From NCBI GenBank assembly GCA_951406725.2, contig OX597823.1, forward strand, positions 40,920,001 through 40,984,000: a DNA stretch of 64,000 nt. Reading direction: 5' to 3'. The notes under the pieces were generated by a model. It worked only from the letters and a program-made list of their open reading frames with translations. It did no database searches and was not told the DNA's origin. Shown here piece after piece: positions 54,360 to 64,000 of the stretch. Each line of letters begins with the position of its first letter. The stretch's first letter is position 1. The stretch is from Octopus vulgaris (lineage: Eukaryota). The translations under genes and the position numbers were made by a program.

Positions 54360-54880
54360 ATAAGCCTTTTGGATAACACTTTTACTAGTAGTCTTGTATT
54401 TTTTTTTATTTCCTTCCTGAGTAGTTTTAGGTAAAAATCCTTGTTTAAGTGATACAGGTTACCAGTTTTATCCGATTGAACAAAAAGGCCTTCCATTCTA
54501 TTTATTTCGTTGGTAATATTCTGTAGATATCTTAGATGTTTATTCATAAAGATCGAACGATGGAATTTAACATTCTTAACAATAGACCAGAAGTCCTCTT
54601 CAAACTGTTTCAAACTTGGGTTAGGAGGAGTATTATTTTTAGATTTGAACAATTTACTAAATTCAGAATTTTGACCATTAGAGGGAGACTTGATATCCTT
54701 ATTATCGAAGAAGAACACTTGTCATCTGATACGATTAATGAAAGAGTTAGTCTTATTGATGAGTTGTTTAAGGAAAAACCTTCTTTAGAGGAATAGGTAT
54801 ATCCTTGAGAGAGGCGTTAATAGTAAAGGTCTCCATTTGCAGTAACTATTGCGGTTGCAGGTTTTACCAATGAAAACCTG
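54360..54880 (-). mobile_element. Penelope-like ORF N-terminal fragment
   Basis: PPNPSLKQFEEDFWSIVKNVKF...LFVQSDKTGNLYHLNKDFY includes the DKT/DKG motif that precedes PLE RT domains. Confidence 0.7.
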
Positions 54881-54881
54881 A

Positions 54882-54918
<37 letters not shown>

Positions 54919-54979
54919 CAGCGAATACACTAAGTATACACGTTAAGTATATATGGTTGATTGATTAAATATATATATA

Positions 54980-55098
54980 TATTGCCAAACTAAGGTGAGA
55001 GTCCAGAGAAACCTTCGAAGGTTTATGGACGCAGATTTGAGCTAATCGACAGCAGCATTCGTCCTAGTTCTCTGGACTGCCACGTTAGTCTGGCAATA
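54980..55098. mobile_element. Short fold-back (MITE-like) element
   Basis: About 31-bp terminal inverted repeats tattgccaaactaaggtgagagtccagagaa and ttctctggactgccacgttagtctggcaata, with 4 mismatches. Confidence 0.6.
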
Positions 55099-55153
55099 AA
55101 TAGTAATACCACGTACTGCTGCTGTATCTCTCATCTAGAGTGATTTAGAAATT

Positions 55154-55214
<61 letters not shown>

Positions 55215-57469
55215 CTGAGAGATAAAGAGAGATAGTGTGAGCGCGTGTGTGTGAATGATGGCGGTTTCAGATGTTTACCTATGGTTATGCGCTGCATATT
55301 TTCCATGTATATTTACATTTCACAATAAACTTTGGGGCTAACTTTCATTTTCGCTTCAAACATATAAGAATAAAACTTCTGCATTTACGTTTGCTTCAAG
55401 GAAATGATATCGAAAATTTTTTTTAGTGGACATTATAATACTAAAAACATTCAAGGACTATTCACTTAGCAGGCTTTACAAAGAACTGAATACAGAATCC
55501 TTAATAATGCGAGAAAAAGGAAAAATAAAAATACTTGATTCTTGGATCGAACGATCAATTCTTGCACAAAATTAGATGGAACAAAAAAGAAAACACCACA
55601 TTTCGCACCAAATGGTGGATATTTACTGACAATTACCGCCAACTTTTTACATTATTTAACTGCAAAAAAGAATTCCAAATACATTGGCAAATCTGTTTTG
55701 ATGGACGACACAAATTGCTCCACCTGGAATAATTCTTGATAGTAAACACTGCTGTAGGAATAGCAACAGTCAGAGCTAAAAGAACTTTCTTCTGTAGATA
55801 CCAGTTTGACAGTTCAGGCACCTTCGTGTAACACTCATAATATATAAAGAACGGGTGGCTCTGGATATAGCTACTGACAAGTGGTGTGCAGTGAAAGGGA
55901 AAAGGAACTCCACAGAGGAGCTGCTGAATGCAAAATCTGAAAATTCGATGGGCATGAGGACATAATTATAATAAGATTCTGAAAAAAAAAAGTTGTTGAA
56001 AATAAGAAAAATAATAATAAACGGCCCATGCAACTGAAAACAAAGTCTTGATCGGGCTGGACATTGAAACAGGTAAAGTGTTTAAACAAATATACACCAC
56101 GAGTAGAATTTTTGTAAAGATAGAGACAATGATTTTATGCTAGGAAGAACGATGTAATATTGTTCGGGACATATATCACCTTCCACGTGAGGGAATTTTA
56201 CAGGATTGGTGATTCAGGTCAATACTTTTGACAGAGTTAAAACAAATATTTTTTTTGTAAATGTATATTCCATTTAGAAATGAATTTATTTATTCTATTG
56301 GAGAATATATCTATCATTATCTATTTTTCTGATCAGAAAATTATAAACATTTATTTCATTCAATCGAAGATTTTCTCTTTGATGCCAATCTAAGACACTT
56401 CCTCCTTCCTAATTTTCTTTCTTTTACTCGTTGCCATCATTATAGAATCCTATATTGATTTCACATTGACAACACTAGATTACTGAAGAAGCTCAAATTC
56501 AGAATAATTTCTCAGTTTTCAAGAATACATCCGAGGATTTTCGTACTTTTGGTATTGACAGATTTCTGCAGTATAAAACAGCTTTGTCTAAACTCTGAAT
56601 TCGTGAAGTATTATAGATATCAGTATTCCTTTATTTGGGTTCCTTTGTACCGAAAACCTAAAGCTTATTAATTTAATCTTTTCTATTAGAATCAAGCCAA
56701 CGCTTTTTATCCAAAAAAATGTCATAATAATATTTGATTCCTCCGCTAATATTTCACTTGTCAGATGATAATAAATCTGAGTATTGTGTTTTGATAATAT
56801 ACTTTGTTTTCACATATAAGTTCTCCGGAATTATGGTTTCTCACACTAAGTGTCATTTACTTTAGTTTATAATGTTGACACACATTTCCCAATATAAACT
56901 TTCAACTCATTCAATAAGTTCATGTGTTTTTATCTTATATTCCCTTACCACATAATTTAGTGAGACCTTCATTTTCTAGGTTTTTTCTACATTAATATAA
57001 TATATATGAACTACTTGCCACAGAATTATAGTAAATATGATTGTATGTCTCTGGAAATTCTTGGAAACTCGCAAGTCTTTGGAACACCACAGATGAATCA
57101 AAAGGCTTATAATGTGCTCGTAAGCGATCTAGGTTGTTGCAGTTCCAAATTCGAGTTAGACCATGTCTAAGTTTCAGGAAGAACGACGAAATCGTCTTCT
57201 CTTTCGTTCAATATCCGTCTATCGCTGATTTCTAAAGTTTTGTCGAATGACCGCTACAATCTGGGACAATACCAGTTATCATGGATATATAAAGATCACA
57301 CCACCATATTCTTACGAAAAGAAGGGGTAGCATTTGTTAAGGAGGGAAAAGTATTTTGGTGAACGAGGCTAAAAGCTCATCAGCTAATCCATGCCAAAGA
57401 AGAGACTGGGATGATGGGGAGAGAAAAGTTCTTCCTTTCTCTCAGAAAAATTAATGATAAAATGAATCT

Positions 57470-57894
57470 CTCTTTACTCTTTACTCTTTTACTCTTTTAC
57501 TTGTTTCAGTCATTTGACTGCGGCCATGCTGGAGCACCGCCTTTAGTCGAGCAAATCGACCCCGGGACTTATTCTTTGTAAGCCCAGTACTTATTCTATC
57601 GGTCTCTTTTGTCGAACCGCTAAGTGACAGGGACGTAAACACACCAGCATCGGTTGTCAAGCAATGCTAGGGGGAAAAACACAGACACACAAACACACAC
57701 ACACATACATATATATATATACATATATACGACAGGCTTCTTTCAGTTTCCGTCTACCAAATCCACACACAAGGCATTGGTCGGTCCGGGGCTATAGCAG
57801 AAGACACTTGCCCAAGATGCCACGCAGTGGGACTGAACTCAGAACCATGTGGTTGGTAAACAAGCTACTTACCACACAGCCACTCCTGCGCCTA
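57470..57894 (-). mobile_element. Full-length tRNA-derived SINE (same family as 45713-46105)
   Basis: Near-identical sequence, with a short tandem tail of (ctcttt(t)a)n. Confidence 0.9.
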
Positions 57895-58114
57895 TAATCT
57901 GTTGTAGATTCACAAGTAATTTCAATCAAGGGAAATATTAACCGCAGATAATACGACAGTAGGTTTTAGAGGTCTCTCATTGAAAATTCCTAATCGTTTG
58001 ACTTCTCTGGTTTAACTGAATGTGCTGTATCTTTACGTCGTATTTGTGGTGAATGAAGTCCCTATTGTAATCACCTGCGTGATTTTCATCAGTACTCTTA
58101 CTACTGCTATTAAA

Positions 58115-58410
58115 GCAGAACAAAATGCTTCGCGGCATTTTTTCCGGTTTTGCGTTCTGAGCTCAAATTCCGCCAAAGTTGGCTATGTGTTTTATTCTCT
58201 CGATTCTGATACAATAAGTACCCGTTGAACTTAAGATGCTCAGCGGTACATGTTCCGGTTCGCTACAGACTGGAGAGTTCAAATCTCGCCAAAGTTAACT
58301 TTACTTTTTATCCTTTCAGGATCGATAGAGTACCAGTCATGTACTGGGGTGAATGTAGTCGATTAGCTTTCTCTCACTAGAATGTTGCTGACCTTGTGCC
58401 AAAATTTCAA
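58115..58410 (+). mobile_element. Two decayed Nin-domain-like SINE fragments
   Basis: aaaatgcttcgcggcattt..gagctcaaattccgcc and gagttcaaatctcgcc..tatcctttcagg. Confidence 0.65.
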
Positions 58411-58705
58411 ACATTCGAATAGCTCGATTGGTAAAGCATTAGACTTTTAGCGATTAAAAATAAAAAAGAAATCATTATTTTCATCATTAATGTAATTTTT
58501 GACGACGATGATGATGATGATATTAATATTGATGTTGTTTTCTATATATTATTATTACTATTTATTATCTATTACTATTATCTGTGTGTCTATGTTTTGT
58601 TTGATATCACCCTTTCACTCGATTTAAATCCGGTTTTCCTTTGTATTTCGCCATCGTGCTGTCCCAAATGCCACAGGCCCTTGTGGCCAACGGAAGAAAC
58701 TACTG

Positions 58706-58750
<45 letters not shown>

Positions 58751-58961
58751 TTATCAATATTATTATTATTATTAATCGATACTTATAGAGTATTGGTGTC
58801 GTAACCGGTTTAACAATATCAATATTAATCATCATCATTATTATTATTATTATCATTAAATTTCTGCTGTTATTATTCTCCTCCCCATCATCGTCTTTGT
58901 CTCTACCACCACCATCATCATCGTGCACCAGTGCCACCACGACAACGGCAACGACCCTCAC

Positions 58962-58993
<32 letters not shown>

Positions 58994-59519
58994 ACAACAA
59001 CAACAACAACAATCTATTTTGTTAAAGAACTTTACAAAATACATTTTTGTTCTCTCAATTATATATTGTTCAAACTCATCATACTATTCTAACGATTCCT
59101 TTATTTGTGTTCAAGTTACACAAAAGGGGCGGTGGCTCTATAATAAATGGCGTTTTGTTATGAACATTAATGGTGAATGGTGGCTGAAAGAGAATATAAA
59201 TGAGAAGTAGTTGTATAAAGCAGAAATCACGGAGGCACATGATTTATCTGTAATAAAAACAGTAACAGATTTAGTCACGCATTGCTGACTTCAAGGTCTA
59301 ATGAAATTGACTTACCTTTCCAATATATACATTGATGAAGTTCACGGTAACAATATATCAGGTGGATATGTTATGATTGTAGGAGGAGTTCTGTATGAGT
59401 GCATAATATAATAGTAATATTATAGGAATATATGCACGTACAATCGTATACACTTACACGCACGTATCTATTTATCTATTTATCTATCTATATAGCTAGC
59501 TAGCTAGTTACGTGTCTAT

Positions 59520-59596
<77 letters not shown>

Positions 59597-59629
59597 ATAT
59601 ATATGTATATATATATATATATAAATATG

Positions 59630-59662
<33 letters not shown>

Positions 59663-59746
59663 ATATATTTGTATATATATGTATATATATATATATGTAT
59701 ATATATATCTATATATCTATATATATATATATATATATATAGATAT

Positions 59747-59778
<32 letters not shown>

Positions 59779-59779
59779 T

Positions 59780-59837
<58 letters not shown>

Positions 59838-59838
59838 T
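59520..59838. repeat. (TA)n-(GATA)n compound microsatellite
   Basis: Seen directly. Confidence 0.95.
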
Positions 59839-60069
59839 ACTCATACATAATCAAATATTCTCATGTAAAGATCAATAAATAGGGCACTCCACTAAAAGAT
59901 ACAGAGTAATTTTTCACGATAGTCATTTGTTTTTTATGTATGTAACTATACATGAAAAGAAACAGGACACGAATACATATATTTATTTGAATAATTGTGT
60001 TTGTGTATGTGTATGTATGTACATATTGACTAGTGTGTATGTATGTATGAATGTATGTATGTATGTATG

Positions 60070-60558
60070 TTTTGCCTTTCATCCTTTCGGGGTCGATAAA
60101 TTAAGTACCAGTTACGCACTGGGGTTGATGTAATCGACTTAATACCTATGTCTGTCCTTGTTTGTCCCCTCTATGTTTAGCCCCTTGTGGGTAATAAAGA
60201 AATATGTATGTATGTATGTGTGCATGTATGTATATGTATGTACATATTGGCTTGTGTATGTGCATATTGCTTCAAATTTCAAATTTTGAGTGTGTATATT
60301 GGTACAAGACCAACAATATTGGGGCAGGTGATGGGTCGATTTCATCGACTCTTCAGAGTTCAACAGGTACTTAATGTATGAACCGCCGAAAGGCTGAAAG
60401 GAAAGGTAACCTCGGCGGAATTTGAACTCAGATTATGAAGACGGAAGAAATACCACTAGGCATTTCGCTAGACGTCCAAATGACTGCGAATGCACCGTCT
60501 TGCTACATATACACACACACACACACAATCTTAAATATGTATATATATATATATGTTG

Positions 60559-60596
<38 letters not shown>

Positions 60597-61800
60597 GAGA
60601 GAGAGTGAGAGAGAGAGAGAGAACAAATGGCTACGGTCAGGTTGTGTGTGAAGTTGGGGTATTTCCAGAGAATCACTCGACCCGAATACTGGGCTATCAA
60701 CACTGTCGGGTTCCAAGCCAAAGCCAGAATTCTTCAGGTGTAGAAGATTCAAATTTCACTTTTATTATACCGTCAAATGGGTTTAGCGATGAGTAAATAA
60801 TCCAATGAAAAGAAGCAGACAATAGAACATTTTTTAACACATCTTTAATTATAAGTTACAAATGTTTCCGTAACATCTCCATTTTCAATGCCAGTTTACG
60901 CGGAAATTCTAAATGAAAAATCACGATATATTTGCGGTTTTAGACATATTATACAATATCTCTGCGTAACCGTGTCCGATTGTGGTACAGCGAAAGACTT
61001 ATTCCAGCCAAATTTGTATGGATCTGCTGAGATCGATTTCCGCTGAAGCTGACTTTGCCTATTTTTCCTTTTGGAGAATAAGTATCAGTTGAACACTGGA
61101 TTCGATGCAAGTGACTTATCGCCTCCCCCAGAATTACTGGCTTTGTGCCAAAATTTGAAAGCAGTATTTATATGGATGTAATTCGTAAAAATTTCCCAGA
61201 TTTACTTATCTGCTCCTCAACGTTGCTTGCATGCACCACTAGAAAATAATTTACCTGTGTGTGTAATTAAAATATTTACTACGCAGCATACACACATACG
61301 CGTACTATCTACATATCTCGCTCTCATCTCCCTCTTTTTCTCTCTCCCGCTCTTTCTCTCTCTCTCTCTCTCTGTCTTTGTATATATGTATGTGTGTGTA
61401 TATATGCAAAGAAACAGATACACATTTCGCATCAAGTTCACCATTCGCCCACTCCTCTCTTGATATATGCATGCTTTGATATGACCCCTTAAATCCTTGA
61501 CAAGGTAGTAGAGGAACCGTTGTGACATACGACGAATTTAGGAATTTTTAGGCCTAGTGGAATTATTCCCTATACGAGATTGAGCCCAGTCGATCACTTC
61601 CTGAAGAGCGAGGAAAAGAGAAAGAGTTAGAGAAAGAGAGGTACCAACTTCATTACAGGACTGGCTTTTCTTTTATTTATCGAACCCTAGAAGATGAAAG
61701 GCAAATTTAACCTCAACGAGATTTGAACTCAAAATGTAAAGAACCGAAAAAAAAAATACACCACAAAGCAATTTGTCGGACGCATAAATGACTGCCAACT
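60070..61800. mobile_element. Scattered Nin-domain-like SINE fragments (60070-60200 +, 60300-60500 -, 61020-61170 +, 61560-61800 -)
   Basis: Family core motifs recur at each position. Confidence 0.7.
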
Positions 61801-61828
61801 ATTTGCCTACATACATACATACGTAAGA

Positions 61829-61935
<107 letters not shown>

Positions 61936-62331
61936 CCTATATTTATGTGTGTGTCTGTAACTAGAACGTTCCCAATACAGAGCATGTTTCTAATATAAAA
62001 TATTCAACTGTAATTAGTATCTATGGCTCTACTCCTAAATATACTTAAATTTAATGCAATGACCTCCAGATTAGATTTATCATCATAAATATATTTATTT
62101 TCCATAGAGTATTATCATTTTGTAGAAGCATGTACAAAAAAATACATACACATAGATACATATGAGCGTATACAAAGGCTATATGCTACCAACACACAAA
62201 ATCTAGGTAGGCATACATAAATCACTCTCTCTCTCTCACTTTCTCTACCTATCTATCTATCTATCTGTCTATCTATCTATCTATCTATCTCTCTGTCTAA
62301 CTATCTCTCTCTCTATATATATATATATCTA

Positions 62332-62374
<43 letters not shown>

Positions 62375-62814
62375 ATATATATATATATATATATATCAAT
62401 ATGTATCTACATACACTATATATGTATATGTAACCGAATACCGCTAGTGGCTAATGGTTAGTGTACAGAAATAAATATATTCACACACAAGATCAATATG
62501 TTTAAAGTAAGATTTATAGGCTTACATTTATCACCATTATTTACAAACATTCGAACGGTTCTCTGTTAAAATATATTCGTAGGAAATATGTGTATATCTA
62601 TGTGTCTGTAAATACATGCTCATGCACTTTAATATAAAGAATTATAAATGAGCATGTACGTCATAGATCTGAATATATATGTCTCCCTCTCTCTCTCTTT
62701 CTCTCTCTCTCTCTATCTCTCTCTCTCTCTATCTATCTATCTCTGTATTTTTCTATCTCTCTCTATCTGTCTATCTATCTCTCCATCTCTTTCTGTCTAT
62801 CTGTCTCACTCTCT

Positions 62815-62956
62815 AAAGCTTCCTTCCCAATCACATGGTTCCGGCTTCCGTTCCACCGCGTGACACTTTGAGTAAGTGTTTTCTATTATAACCTTGGGCC
62901 GACCAAAGCCTTGTAAGTGGATTTGGTAGACGGAAACTAAAAGAAGCCCGTCGTAC
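62815..62956 (+). mobile_element. Head half of the 45713-type SINE, ending at a Tc1 insertion
   Basis: cacatggttccgg...gggccgaccaaagccttgtaagtggatttggtagacggaaact.aaagaagcccgtcgta. Confidence 0.85.
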
Positions 62957-62958
62957 AT

Positions 62959-63900
62959 ACAGGAGTTGGACAAAATAATGGAAACACCTTAAAATTTCAA
63001 ACAAATTTATTTTAATATGGGGTAGGACCGCCTTTGGCAGTAATTACAGCTTGAATTCTACGGGGTATGAACTCGTACAAAGTTTGAATGGTTTCCAAAG
63101 GAATTTTTGTCCATTCTTCAGCTCTTGTAGTGATGATGGTGGTGGATATCGACTCCTTAATTGTTTTTTTCTAAAATGCACCATAAATGTTCATTAACAT
63201 TGAGATCTGGGGACTGTGGTAGCCAGATAAGATGTTCAACTTTCCTAGAATGTTCCACATGCCTTTCAGTAACAACTTTTGCTGTGTGAATTGGTGCATT
63301 ATCATTATCATCCTGAAAGATTGCATTTCCCTCCGGAAACAGTTCCGCAAACATACGATGAATTTTATGGGATAAAATGCTTAAATAGTCTTAACTATTA
63401 ATTCTGCCATGAAGGGAAACCATTGGGCCGACGTATTTCCATGATGTAACCCCACAGATCATCACAGATCCTCCTCCATGTTTAACAGTTGAAAGAAGGC
63501 AGTCTGGGTCAAATATTTCTTCAGGCTGTTTCCACACGTATACTCGGCCGGTGGCCGGAAATACGGTAAAGGATGACTCGTCCGAGAAAATAACATTCTT
63601 CCACTGCTCTAGGAACCAATTCTGTAGGTTTTTACTCCACTCTAAACGCTTTGCAACGTTTGTTTTAGAAATTAGTGCTTTTCTGATTGCAGCCCTCCCG
63701 TGAAATCCGGCTTTGTGCAGCTCCTGGCGAACAGTTTTTATGGAAACTGAGTTCTCGAGGTGGTCATTAAGCTCTGCAGTAATTTTTGGAGCTGTACTTT
63801 TCTGATCCTCTTTAACAATTCGCGTAAGAGTCCAACGGTTCCTCTCCGAAAGTTTTGGTTTTCTTCTGGAGTTTTGTTTCGACGAGGAGGTTTTCCATCT
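62959..63900 (-). mobile_element. Tc1-family (DD34E-type) transposon, decayed
   Basis: Minus strand WKNVIFSDESSF, TVKHGGGSVM, IFQDDNDNAPIHTAK, WLPQSPDLNVNEHLW. TIR-like tacaggagttggacaaaataatggaaacacc at 62959. Confidence 0.92.
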
Positions 63901-64000
63901 TTCTCAAACGGTATCATTAGGATATCTGAAAAGAAACAGCAATTTTAGCAAAATATATCGAGCAACACTAATAATAAATAAAAAGACATAAAAATTAAAC

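Noticed and set aside
55480-56090. Short ORFs with a possible hAT dimerisation-like segment (IATVRAKRTF)
   Set aside because: Similarity is too weak to call; likely an old relic.

Overview
AT-rich, microsatellite-dense eukaryotic DNA. The SINE families and repeat landscape suggest an octopus (coleoid cephalopod) genome; this is recognition from memory, not a database result. No complete protein-coding gene is present, and almost all ORF-track entries are microsatellite artefacts or transposon relics. The window looks intronic or intergenic. It holds many tRNA-derived SINEs, R4/Dong-like REL LINE fragments embedded in (TAA)n, CR1-like and other APE-LINE fragments, Penelope-like (PLE) relics, Tc1, mariner and DD37D (maT) transposons, and hAT relics. 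The most interesting signals are at the RNA level: a candidate recursive splice site with an 81-nt in-frame RS-exon (8502-8609); minimal hammerhead ribozyme motifs in PLE termini (3751-3796, 45523-45556, plus decayed copies); a compact pseudoknot with a C(UUCG)G hairpin in an RTE-like 5' UTR (42030-42099, minus); an unexplained hairpin cluster (44950-45149); several long fold-back repeats; and a possible promoter and first exon (48660-48843) between two inverted mariner ends. Repeat boundaries were read by eye and are approximate.
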